DNA of 64,000 nt from Paracoccaceae bacterium (lineage in GTDB: Bacteria; Pseudomonadota; Alphaproteobacteria; Rhodobacterales; Rhodobacteraceae): the NCBI GenBank assembly GCA_041633555.1, contig JBFKFZ010000001.1, forward strand, positions 20,259 through 84,258, read 5' to 3'. Each line of letters opens with the position of its first letter. Position 1 is the first letter of the stretch. The notes beneath the pieces were generated by a model, which saw only the letters and a program-made list of their open reading frames with translations, was not told where the DNA came from and made no database searches. Of the stretch, positions 43,098 through 51,246 are shown piece by piece. Position numbers and translations under genes: made by a program.

Positions 43098-43544
43098 ATG
43101 CCGGAACCGGATGCAAAGGAAGAGGGCAAAAAGATAGAGGCGGCCAAGAAGGGGATTCAGAGCGAGGTGAAGAAGCTCGCCCAGAAGACCAAGAAGAAGG
43201 CCGATGAAGCCCGCGAACTGCTCGAGGAGAAGAAGGAAAAGAAGAAGCCCAGCACGCCCGACGAGAAGAAGCGCGCCAAGGAAGTCGACAAGAAACTGAA
43301 GGATATCCAGAAGATCTATGCGAAAGAGGCAGACGCGACCTCGCAGCGGATCAGCAAGATGCTGCAGGAATATGCGCCCGACAACAAGGATGCCCTGCCC
43401 GCCTGGCAGAAGGGCATGGATCGCTGGTACATTGATATCCTGAACAAGGAACCCGGCTTCGATATCGGCGGTGGCGTCAGGGCGAACGGCGACATCTCGA
43501 TCAAGGACAAGAAGGCGAAGATCGACTTCTCCTGGAAGTTTTAG
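43098..43544 (+). CDS. Hypothetical Lys/Glu-rich protein (148 aa)
   Basis: GGAGGA Shine-Dalgarno before the ATG. Charged helical N-terminal two thirds, small C-terminal beta-like region (GFDIGGGVRANGDISIKDKKAKIDFSWKF). Confidence 0.6.
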   Translation: MPEPDAKEEGKKIEAAKKGIQSEVKKLAQKTKKKADEARELLEEKKEKKKPSTPDEKKRAKEVDKKLKDIQKIYAKEADATSQRISKMLQEYAPDNKDALPAWQKGMDRWYIDILNKEPGFDIGGGVRANGDISIKDKKAKIDFSWKF

Positions 43545-43980
43545 CCGCGGTGCTTTCCGGTCTGCAGGACGCATGGCGCACAGCCGGGCTGCGCGCGCCG
43601 CATTCGTGTGAGTTGGCTTCTATCTGGTGACGGCAGAACAACCGGCCCCGCAAGATCCGGTCGTCAACTCAGGGCATCGTCCGAGACACCCTGCGCGGCT
43701 TTAGGACACATGCCGCCTCGCGCCAGATTCTGGTGTTTCGTCACCTGCCGGGTTCGCACGATCCGGCTACCGGTCAAGGCGGGTTCTCACCTGCTCCCCC
43801 AAGCCGACCATGCTCACCACCCAACCTCTCGGGATGGCATTCGTTTCCGCTCAACCGGTTTGTTGGCATGAATTTGCCGACCACGATCTTGACTCAATGG
43901 CGAACGCAACCGGACGGCATCGGAGGCGCTTCCAAGGCATGAACGCGCTGCAATCCGGCGCCTCAGCAAAGGAGACGAAG

Positions 43981-44466
43981 ATGCATATAAGAACCATCCT
44001 GAGCACCACCGCAATCGCCGACCTGTTTTCCGGTTCGGCATTGGCCGACAACCATTCCGCGGTGACCGCCGATTCGTCGACAACCGCAACAACCGAGGGT
44101 GCGGCGGCGGAGACCGCAGCCAGCACCGGCTCGGCAGCCGATACTCCAACCCCCGAACCCACGGGCATGACCGATGCCATGATCGACGTCGATATCTGGG
44201 AAATCGCGGTCGAAACCCTGACCGGCGCCCGGGTCTGTGACCAGAACGACAAACGGATCGGCGAGATTTCCTCGATCTTCGTCGATACAGATGGCGGGAC
44301 CGGTAAGGCCGTCGTGGATGTCGCGGGCTTTCTTGGCATCGGTGAAAAACCGGTCGCCTTGCCCTTCGACGATCTGGCGATCAAGACGGGCACCGATGGC
44401 GTCTATTCCGTCCATGTCGCTATGACCGAAGCAGAGCTGGAAACCATGTCCACTCAAGAGGGCTGA
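43981..44466 (+). CDS. Exported PRC-barrel domain protein
   Basis: AAGGAG Shine-Dalgarno, signal peptide MHIRTILSTTAIADLFSGSALA, PRC-barrel-like LTGARVCDQNDKRIGEISSIFVD...VVDVAGFLGIGEKPVALPF. Confidence 0.8.
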   Translation: MHIRTILSTTAIADLFSGSALADNHSAVTADSSTTATTEGAAAETAASTGSAADTPTPEPTGMTDAMIDVDIWEIAVETLTGARVCDQNDKRIGEISSIFVDTDGGTGKAVVDVAGFLGIGEKPVALPFDDLAIKTGTDGVYSVHVAMTEAELETMSTQEG

Positions 44467-44500
44467 CGCCTGACGCACCCACCGGCAGCCGGCCCGAACG

Positions 44501-44546
44501 GGCGGGCTGTCATATTTGCGGGAACCGGGACAGCCCGCCAAGCGTT
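44501..44546 (+). promoter_or_regulatory. 11-bp perfect inverted repeat (44501-44511 / 44529-44539) overlapping a GGAAC-N17-CGTT EcfG-like motif (44521-44546)
   Basis: GGCGGGCTGTC...GACAGCCCGCC. GGAAC at 44521-25, CGTT at 44543-46, 24 nt upstream of the AI-2E transporter ATG. Confidence 0.4.
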
Positions 44547-44569
44547 GGAACTGGGCGGAGGACCTGAAC

Positions 44570-45679
44570 ATGACAACCGAATCTCAGACCAGATGGGCGC
44601 TGATCATCCTAGCGACGATCGCTGTCCTCGCAGTGCTTTGGCTGGCCAAGGCGGTCTTTGCACCGCTGACGCTGGCCTTCACGGTTGCAGTGGTCTTTGC
44701 GCCGCTGTCCGACTTCTGGCAGCGCCTCGGCATTCCCGTCATCGTCGGCAGCCTGATCAGCCTCGGCCTCGGTCTGGCCATCTGCCTGCTGCTGGTGATC
44801 GCGCTCGAACCCGTCGCAGCGAGCCTCTACCAGAAAGCACCCCTGATCAAATGGGAGCTACGGCAAGCTGTCTCGGGCCTGCAGAGCATGCTGCGGGGGC
44901 TCGATCAGGTGTCGCAGGAAGTTTCAGAGGCGATCTCGCCCGATGCCCCGGCAAACGGCAAGGAAAACAGCGAGCCTGCAATGGTCGCAGTGCCGCCATT
45001 GTCGCGCGCCCTCTTGCTGGCGCCCGCGATCATCGGGCAGCTGATGGTTTTTGCGGGCGGACTCTATTTCCTTCTTCTCTGCCGCCAGGATGTCTATCGC
45101 TGGCTAGCGCGGTTCGCCAAGGGAACGGACGCGGCGGCCATTGAGGTCTTTCGCGCGGCCGACCTTGTCGTCGCACGCTATTCCCTGGCGATCACCGTGA
45201 TCAACGCGGCCTTTGGCGCATCGGTCGGGATCGGCCTTCAGCTGGCCGGCATGCCCAATCCCATCCTTTGGGCGGTCGTCGCAGCGCTCTTCAATTTCGT
45301 GATGTATCTCGGCCCCGCCATCGTCGCGGTATCACTGTTCGTCGCGGGTGCCGTCGTCTTTGACGGGCTCTATTCGGTTGTTCCGGCACTGGTATTCATC
45401 GCCCTCAACATCATCGAGGGGCAGTTCGTAACGCCCCTGCTCATCGGCAGGCACATGCGAGTGAACCCGCTCCTCGTGTTTCTCTCGCTTTGCCTGTGGC
45501 TGTGGCTCTGGGGGCCGGTCGGAGGAATCATCGCCATTCCGGTGTTGGTCTGGCTTTTGGCTGTGGCGGAGGGGCTACGGACCCAGAATTCCCGTGGGAT
45601 GGCCGAAGATATGGCGTCCGGGGCCGCGTTGCTCACCGGTGAAGGGCGGCCCCTGACCGGGGCGGCCTCAGCAGATTGA
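44570..45679 (+). CDS. AI-2E family transporter (PerM/YhhT-like membrane protein)
   Basis: Multi-TM protein with the typical C-terminal block IEGQFVTPLLIGRHMRVNPLLVFLSL..WLWGPVGGIIAIP. Confidence 0.85.
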   Translation: MTTESQTRWALIILATIAVLAVLWLAKAVFAPLTLAFTVAVVFAPLSDFWQRLGIPVIVGSLISLGLGLAICLLLVIALEPVAASLYQKAPLIKWELRQAVSGLQSMLRGLDQVSQEVSEAISPDAPANGKENSEPAMVAVPPLSRALLLAPAIIGQLMVFAGGLYFLLLCRQDVYRWLARFAKGTDAAAIEVFRAADLVVARYSLAITVINAAFGASVGIGLQLAGMPNPILWAVVAALFNFVMYLGPAIVAVSLFVAGAVVFDGLYSVVPALVFIALNIIEGQFVTPLLIGRHMRVNPLLVFLSLCLWLWLWGPVGGIIAIPVLVWLLAVAEGLRTQNSRGMAEDMASGAALLTGEGRPLTGAASAD

Positions 45680-45735
45680 AAGCAGGCTCAAGCGCTTCCG
45701 CAGCAATTGAGAGGGCCGTCCCCCTTTCCCGCAAA

Positions 45736-47493
45736 TCAGGTCGCCGGAACGGCAGGCGACAGCGCCGGATCGGGCGTCTTGCGGTCTTTCGCGGGCAGCG
45801 GGAACTCGATCCACATCCGGTAAGCGCCATCCTCGGCCCCGAACCCCGCCTCGCCATTCAGCTGATGGGCGAATGCGTTGATCAGTTGACCACCCAAACC
45901 GCTGCCCTTCAGTTCGTCCTCGACCGCCTCTCGCTTTCCGGTCGAGTTTGCGACCTCGATCCGGGCCCTCGTCGCGTCCTCCTTGGTCAGCCGAACGGAG
46001 ATCCAGACCCTGCCATCGTCCGGCCTACCGGCATATTTCAGGGCATTGGTCACCGCCTCTGTCATTGCCAGCGTCAGCGGCACCGCCTGGTCGGGATCGA
46101 GCGTCGCCTCCTCGAACTTCAGTTCGACATCAATGTCGTCGCCGGGCGGCGATCCCGCATCGACGATCCGCCGAACAATCGTGCGCAACATCAAGTCGGC
46201 CCGCACTTCGCCAAGAACGGAGGCCTCGTAAAGGCTCTGATGCACGAGAGCGAGGCTCATCAGGCGGGCCTGAAGATCGCCAAGCACCGCCTTGGTCCCG
46301 CTGTCGGGGGTCTTCCTGATCGTCATGTTCAGGATCGAGGCGATCAGCTGCAGGTTATTCTTGACCCGGTGATGGACTTCTTTCAGCAAGACGTTCTTGT
46401 CGTGGATGACATCCTCAAGCTCGGCCTCTTCCTTGAGAACGCTGATTGCCAGCCGCTCCCAGGTCTGGTCGATCTCGCGCAGCTCGATCGGAACCGCCGC
46501 TCCGCCCTTTGGCGGGCTGATCTGCCGCGAACGCATGAATAGCAGCATTCGCGCGCGCAGGTTTCGTGTGGGCCGGATCACCATTCGCTCGACGGCTAGG
46601 AACGCGACGACGAGACAGGCCAGCCACATCAAAACGGGAAACAAGATCGACATGGCAAGGTTGAGGGCGCCCGGCGCGAAAGCCAGCCGCCTATCCTCCC
46701 AGATGCCCATCGCATAAACCAGATTTGAAACCACGGGCACCACGGCAAAGACCCGCTGCTCGCCCGCGACCGTCCTGCCGGTGAAGGCCAACTGCGGCTT
46801 TCCCACGAAGGAGCTTAGCGGCTGACCTTCCGGCAAGCGCGCTTCCGCATCCTCCATGCCGCTTTCCGAAGTCAGAACTTCGCCATCCTTATTGAAGGTG
46901 ATCAGATCAACCGGGCGTTCATCATGCAGATACTCAAGCGCGCGGCGCAGGCGGGGATGCGGCAGCGACACTGCGACATAGCCGTCAAAGACCGAGCCCC
47001 TGACGACAGGGATTCCCATGATGATCACCGAGGTGCCGCTGATCGGCGCCTCCGGGTTGACCGTGGCGAACGGCGCCGGCTGGGCCTTCATTTTCCGGTA
47101 GAGATCGCTGGAAGAGAAATCCAAACCGATGCCTCCGGACGCACAGTTCACGATACCATCGGCATCGACATACCCAGCAAAGGAATAGGCATCCGACGCC
47201 TTGAGGTAGCGCTGCAGGACTTCTTCACAGGTGGCAGGATCGTCGCGGATCAGCGGGACAAAGGCGGCAATCGCCTGCACCGCGCCAAAGGCGGCCCGGA
47301 TCAGACCCTCCTCGCCGCCCGCCGCCTTGGAGGTGAGCGCAAGCAGGTTGGCTTCGGCGCGGCGATTGGATTCCTTGATGAGCTGAAGCGTCTGGGCCAG
47401 TGCTATGATCCCGATCGGCAGCAGCGCCAATGCGAGTAGTATCGCGATCCTGAAGGCAAGGCCCCTGCTTGCCCCGCGCATGCGCGTTATCAA
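45736..47493 (-). CDS. Membrane sensor histidine kinase, HisKA_2/HWE type (PhyK-like general stress response kinase)
   Basis: Two TM helices flanking a periplasmic domain. H-box EVHHRVKNNLQLIASILNM, then an ATPase domain. Start overlaps the ecfG stop (ATGA). Confidence 0.85.
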   Translation of the reverse strand: MITRMRGASRGLAFRIAILLALALLPIGIIALAQTLQLIKESNRRAEANLLALTSKAAGGEEGLIRAAFGAVQAIAAFVPLIRDDPATCEEVLQRYLKASDAYSFAGYVDADGIVNCASGGIGLDFSSSDLYRKMKAQPAPFATVNPEAPISGTSVIIMGIPVVRGSVFDGYVAVSLPHPRLRRALEYLHDERPVDLITFNKDGEVLTSESGMEDAEARLPEGQPLSSFVGKPQLAFTGRTVAGEQRVFAVVPVVSNLVYAMGIWEDRRLAFAPGALNLAMSILFPVLMWLACLVVAFLAVERMVIRPTRNLRARMLLFMRSRQISPPKGGAAVPIELREIDQTWERLAISVLKEEAELEDVIHDKNVLLKEVHHRVKNNLQLIASILNMTIRKTPDSGTKAVLGDLQARLMSLALVHQSLYEASVLGEVRADLMLRTIVRRIVDAGSPPGDDIDVELKFEEATLDPDQAVPLTLAMTEAVTNALKYAGRPDDGRVWISVRLTKEDATRARIEVANSTGKREAVEDELKGSGLGGQLINAFAHQLNGEAGFGAEDGAYRMWIEFPLPAKDRKTPDPALSPAVPAT

Positions 47494-48074
47494 GCGATAT
47501 GCCTTTTCACGGGGAACGAGCCGTTGACCACGGCCATCGTAGACTTGTCGGTCAGTTCAAGTTCCTCATCCTCGCTGAGCCCGAGCAATTCGATCAGCCG
47601 CAAGCGCCCGCGATTGACCCGGCTCTTGATCGTCCCCACCGCGACCTCGCAAGTCTCGGCCGCCTCCTCGTAGGAAAACCCCATCGCGCCGACCAGCATC
47701 AGTGCTTCGCGCTGCTCCGACGTCAGCTTGGAGAACCCGACCTCGAAATCGCTCAGCGCCATGCGGCCGTCATGGTCCGGCTTTTGCGATAGTGTTGCGG
47801 CCATCTGGCCGTCTACATCGGCGACCTCCCGTTTGGCCTTTCGCCGATTGGAATAGAAAGTGTTGCGCAGGATCGTGAAAAGCCAGGCCCGCATGTTCGT
47901 GCCGGCATTGAACTTTTCGATGTTTTTCCAAGCCTTTACGATCGCGTCCTGAACCAGATCGTCCGCGACGCTGCCGTCACGACACAAGCTCAGCGCAAAA
48001 GCCCGCATCGCAGGAAGATGCGAAACGATCTCGTCTCGCGGATCGGCGATCTTACTGTCATCGGACGGACTCAT
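47490..48074 (-). CDS. ecfG: ECF sigma factor, EcfG (general stress response) type
   Basis: Sigma-70 region 2/4 motifs (DLVQDAIVKAWKN, EALMLVGAMGFSYEEAAETCEVAVGTIKSRVNR). Operon with nepR, divergent from phyR. Confidence 0.9.
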   Translation of the reverse strand: MSPSDDSKIADPRDEIVSHLPAMRAFALSLCRDGSVADDLVQDAIVKAWKNIEKFNAGTNMRAWLFTILRNTFYSNRRKAKREVADVDGQMAATLSQKPDHDGRMALSDFEVGFSKLTSEQREALMLVGAMGFSYEEAAETCEVAVGTIKSRVNRGRLRLIELLGLSEDEELELTDKSTMAVVNGSFPVKRHIA

Positions 48075-48217
48075 TTTGCGCCATCCTGCTCTTTGAGCTT
48101 GCGCAGCAGGTCGGCGAACCGGTCCGGCACCTCTTCTTCGACGGTCTTCTGGTAGACTTTTCTCAGGTTTTCTTCAATCTGCCGCTCAAGGCTCGATCTG
48201 GGCTGGTCCCGCTGCAT
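48071..48217 (-). CDS. nepR: NepR anti-sigma factor (start 48217 or 48229)
   Basis: Small protein with IEENLRKVYQKTVEEEVPDRFADLLRKL, the conserved NepR core. ATGA overlap with ecfG. Confidence 0.8.
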   Translation of the reverse strand: MQRDQPRSSLERQIEENLRKVYQKTVEEEVPDRFADLLRKLKEQDGAK

Positions 48218-48257
48218 CTTGCATCCCATAAGATTATTCAAAGAATTCGGATCACTT

Positions 48258-48282
48258 GGAACCAAACCACGAAACGGGAGTT
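48258..48282 (+). promoter_or_regulatory. EcfG-type promoter for phyR (GGAAC-N17-GTT)
   Basis: GGAAC at 48258-62, GTT at 48280-82, 33 nt upstream of the phyR ATG. Confidence 0.6.
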
Positions 48283-48289
48283 TTGTTCC
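48265..48289 (-). promoter_or_regulatory. EcfG-type promoter for nepR-ecfG-phyK (GGAAC-N17-GTT), interleaved with the phyR promoter
   Basis: Minus-strand GGAAC at 48289-48285 and GTT at 48267-48265. Favours the downstream nepR starts. Confidence 0.6.
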
Positions 48290-48314
48290 GGGAAAAATAA
48301 AAAAAGGGGCAAGA

Positions 48315-49127
48315 ATGACTGACCAAGCCGATGAAATGCCGATCAGCGAAATCGTTGGGACCCTGTTGCCCTACCTTCGCAGATATGCGCGCGCCTTGAC
48401 CGGAAGCCAGAAAACCGGCGACGCTTACGCCGCCGCAACGCTGGAATCGATTATCAGTGATCGCTCGGTCTTTGATGGACAGAGCTCGCCCAAGGTGGCG
48501 CTTTTCCGGGTGTTTCATGCAATCTGGAAAAGCGCCGGCGCCCCGGTCGAGGGCAAAGAGTCCGGGATAGCGGCGCGCGCACAGGCGCATCTTGAAAGGC
48601 TGACGCCGAACACGCGGGAAGCGCTGCTCTTGTCGAGTATCGAGGAATTCACTGCAACCGAGATTGGCGAGATCATGGAAGCGGGCCGGGACGAGGTTCT
48701 GCATTTCCTGGCCGTCGCCCGGCGGGAGATAGAGGAAAGTCTCAGCGGAAGGATCCTGGTCATAGAAGACGAGGCGATCATCGCGCTCGACCTGCAAAGC
48801 ATCGTCGCCGACATGGGCCATGCGATCACCGGCGTCGCCCGCACTCATGACGGGGCCGTCGCACTCGCCAAGAAGGAGCGGCCCGATCTGATCCTCTCCG
48901 ACATTCAGCTGGCCGACGGTTCCTCGGGTATCGAAGCCGTCAACGAAATCCTGAAGGCCGCCGGCGACATACCGGTAGTGTTCATCACCGCTTTCCCCGA
49001 AAGGCTGCTGACGGGCGACAGGCCGGAACCCGCCTTCGTGATCACCAAGCCCTATTCCGAGAAACAGATCCAGGTGGCTGTGAGCCAGGCGATGTTTTTC
49101 GCCAGCACAGAGACGCTGCAGGCCTGA
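48315..49127 (+). CDS. phyR: PhyR anti-anti-sigma factor (sigma-like N-domain plus receiver domain)
   Basis: N-terminus LLPYLRRYARALTGSQKTGDAY (sigma-like). C-terminal receiver RILVIEDEAIIALDL...LILSDIQLADGSSG. Divergent from nepR. Confidence 0.9.
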   Translation: MTDQADEMPISEIVGTLLPYLRRYARALTGSQKTGDAYAAATLESIISDRSVFDGQSSPKVALFRVFHAIWKSAGAPVEGKESGIAARAQAHLERLTPNTREALLLSSIEEFTATEIGEIMEAGRDEVLHFLAVARREIEESLSGRILVIEDEAIIALDLQSIVADMGHAITGVARTHDGAVALAKKERPDLILSDIQLADGSSGIEAVNEILKAAGDIPVVFITAFPERLLTGDRPEPAFVITKPYSEKQIQVAVSQAMFFASTETLQA

Positions 49128-49145
49128 TCCCGCCACATCCCAAGG

Positions 49146-49185
49146 GAACCGCATCGGCCGATTCAGCCGGTGGGGTTCTTTGATT
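49146..49185 (+). terminator. Probable intrinsic terminator after phyR
   Basis: GAACCGCATCGGC-loop-GCCGGTGGGGTTC hairpin followed by TTTGATT, 19 nt after the phyR stop. Confidence 0.55.
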
Positions 49186-49309
49186 AAGGCCGATTTCAAT
49201 GCCGCTTTTTCGAGGTGTTTTCTCTCGGATTGGGGATCGGGATGAGAGTATTCGGAATGCGTGAATGGCGGCCCAGGGACAGCCATTCGCGCAAAACCTG
49301 AAGGTCGTG

Positions 49310-49483
49310 TCAGACCGGCGGTTTACCCTTCACCGCGCGCGCGATCATCGCGATCACGAAAAGCGCGACAAAGATGAAGAACAGGAATTGCGCGATGCCT
49401 GCAGAGGCGCTGGCAATGCCGCCAAACCCGAAAATTGCGGCGATCAACGCGATCACCAGAAATGTCAGAGCCCAACCAAGCAT
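49310..49483 (-). CDS. DUF1328/UPF0391 small membrane protein (57 aa)
   Basis: [24 protein letters not shown] is the family signature start. An EcfG promoter lies upstream. Confidence 0.8.
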   Translation of the reverse strand: MLGWALTFLVIALIAAIFGFGGIASASAGIAQFLFFIFVALFVIAMIARAVKGKPPV

Positions 49484-49551
49484 GTCTATCTCCTTTATAT
49501 TGTTTCGACCATTGTCGCGGCGAAGCGACCTTTCTTGCTCGCTGAGAACCA

Positions 49552-49576
49552 AACGCGCGTCACTCCAACTGGTTCC
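49552..49576 (-). promoter_or_regulatory. Consensus EcfG promoter (GGAAC-N16-CGTT) for the DUF1328 gene
   Basis: Minus-strand GGAAC at 49576-49572, CGTT at 49555-49552. Confidence 0.7.
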
Positions 49577-49599
49577 GCGGCTTTTTTTCGCGCCATTGC

Positions 49600-49624
49600 G
49601 GAACAAGTCGGCGTTGCCTGCGTT
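49600..49624 (+). promoter_or_regulatory. Consensus EcfG promoter (GGAAC-N16-CGTT) for the DUF883/YqjE-like pair
   Basis: GGAAC at 49600-04, CGTT at 49621-24, 42 nt before the ATG at 49666 (AAAGGAG Shine-Dalgarno). Confidence 0.7.
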
Positions 49625-49665
49625 GTTTGGCGAATGACGCATAACTCTACGAAAGGAGTTCAGAC

Positions 49666-49995
49666 ATGGCACGCGCCGCAAAGAACGGAAGCAAGTCGGA
49701 CCCGACGACCGCCGACCTTCAGGCCCAGATGGAGGCGTTGAAGTCCGACATCGCGGATCTTGGCGAGATCCTCGGAGCCTATGGGCGGTCCAAGGGCGAG
49801 GAACTGAAGGAGGCCGCCAGAAACGGCACCCGAAATCTGCGCGCTCGTGGCGAGGAAAGCATGGGTCGGGCACAAGAAAGCGCGACGACGGCTTATCATC
49901 AGGCCGAGAATTCTGTGCGTCAGAACCCGGCCGCCGCCGTTGGCTTTGCCGCGGCCGCAGGTTTCGTGGTCGGCATGCTGGCCAGCCGCCGTTAG
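49666..49995 (+). CDS. DUF883 (ElaB/YqjD-like) stress protein with a C-terminal membrane anchor
   Basis: Charged helical body and the typical tail [23 protein letters not shown]. Confidence 0.8.
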   Translation: MARAAKNGSKSDPTTADLQAQMEALKSDIADLGEILGAYGRSKGEELKEAARNGTRNLRARGEESMGRAQESATTAYHQAENSVRQNPAAAVGFAAAAGFVVGMLASRR

Positions 49996-50004
49996 GCCGG
50001 ACAC

Positions 50005-50376
50005 ATGCTGGAGACGCTTCGCACCTCTGCGGCCAGAACAGCCCGGCGCTCCGCGCTCGGGCTGATCGGCATCCTGACCCTGACGGTCGGTCTCGGCTTT
50101 CTGACCGCCGCGCTGTGGATATTTCTGGTCACAATCGCAGATAGCTTAACGGCGGCGGTGGTCGTCGGATCGGCCTATGTCGGCATAGGTTTGATATTGT
50201 TGGCACTCGCAACGGCTCGAAATGCCGAGCCTCGGATGCATGTCAGACCCGAAAGACCCATGACAACCAGAATGGATGTCCTGGTTGGGATTGCCGTGGC
50301 CTTCCTCGAGGGCCTCGGGGCCGGCCTCGGTTCGCGTCCGCGACACTCCGGTAGAAAGCGGCCAGACGAGGTCTAG
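50005..50376 (+). CDS. YqjE-like (holin-X type) membrane protein
   Basis: Two TM helices. Immediately follows the DUF883 gene (9-nt gap), as in elaB/yqjD-yqjE arrangements. Confidence 0.65.
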   Translation: MLETLRTSAARTARRSALGLIGILTLTVGLGFLTAALWIFLVTIADSLTAAVVVGSAYVGIGLILLALATARNAEPRMHVRPERPMTTRMDVLVGIAVAFLEGLGAGLGSRPRHSGRKRPDEV

Positions 50377-50496
50377 ATTGCTGGTCTGGTCGAGTCGCAT
50401 ATCTTAACCTATCACCTCAGAATTCGCTGTTAGGTCACTGTGTTTTCTTGACTCGAATGGATCAACACCAGCATTAGCGGTATCGCCCTCAACGAT

Positions 50497-51246
50497 TCAG
50501 GAACTTCGGGCGAAGAGACGCCCCGGTGCCGTAGCGGATGGCGACAGACCAACCTCCTGCATCATGTGCCAGGCCAAAACCAGATTGCTGGTCAAGACCG
50601 GCCTGGCCAGCCGCCGCTCCAATTCATCGACAACATCGAGCGTTCGCAGATTGGTACAGGACAGGAACAGGGCGTCGACAGCTGCCCCGGCCATCAGCAT
50701 CTCGGCGGCGGCGATTATGGATGGCCCGTCGATACGCGCCACTGCAGCCTCTTCCGCGACATCGAAACTGCCGAAGACGGGGCTGTCAATCCCCTGATCC
50801 GCCAGCACCTCGCGAAGCTTTTCCGAAACCTCCGCAACATAAGGCGACAGGACTGCGAGCCGCCCGATCCGCATTGCTTTGCAAGCCGCGACGAGGGCCG
50901 AGACTGGCTCGGTCACAGCCCCGGTTCGCGCCGCACGCCGGATCAGCTCGCACACCTTCAAGGCGCCGATCTGCGCCGTTCCAGAGGTGCAGCCGTAGCC
51001 GATCACGCCAAAGCGCACACCGAGCGGGAAGAGCCCGGCCGCACCAGTCAGGTGGCCTTCCATTCTCGCCAAGGTTTCCGAGGTCACTTCGGGCGCGGCG
51101 GGAACGCGGGTGGTCAACCATTCCGCCGATGCCGGCATCAAGCGCCGGAAATCGGCCTCGATGGTTTCATCCGATTGCAGCACGATCAGCCCTAGCGTCG
51201 GGCTCTGCCGACCTGCAAGTCGGTGTTCGAACCTCTTCTCGGTCAT
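50497..51246 (-). CDS. Asp/Glu racemase superfamily protein (maleate isomerase / arylmalonate decarboxylase-like)
   Basis: Two catalytic-Cys contexts, IGYGCTSGT and FLSCTNLRT. ATGA overlap with the upstream M24 gene. Confidence 0.75.
   Translation of the reverse strand: MTEKRFEHRLAGRQSPTLGLIVLQSDETIEADFRRLMPASAEWLTTRVPAAPEVTSETLARMEGHLTGAAGLFPLGVRFGVIGYGCTSGTAQIGALKVCELIRRAARTGAVTEPVSALVAACKAMRIGRLAVLSPYVAEVSEKLREVLADQGIDSPVFGSFDVAEEAAVARIDGPSIIAAAEMLMAGAAVDALFLSCTNLRTLDVVDELERRLARPVLTSNLVLAWHMMQEVGLSPSATAPGRLFARSS

Noticed and set aside
43608-43871. 87-aa ORF in the 436-nt gap
   Set aside because: Arg/Pro/Ser-rich, no Shine-Dalgarno, no recognisable motif; likely non-coding.
49145-49149. 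GGAAC inside the phyR terminator hairpin as another EcfG promoter
   Set aside because: No (C)GTT at N16-17, and the motif is part of the hairpin stem.
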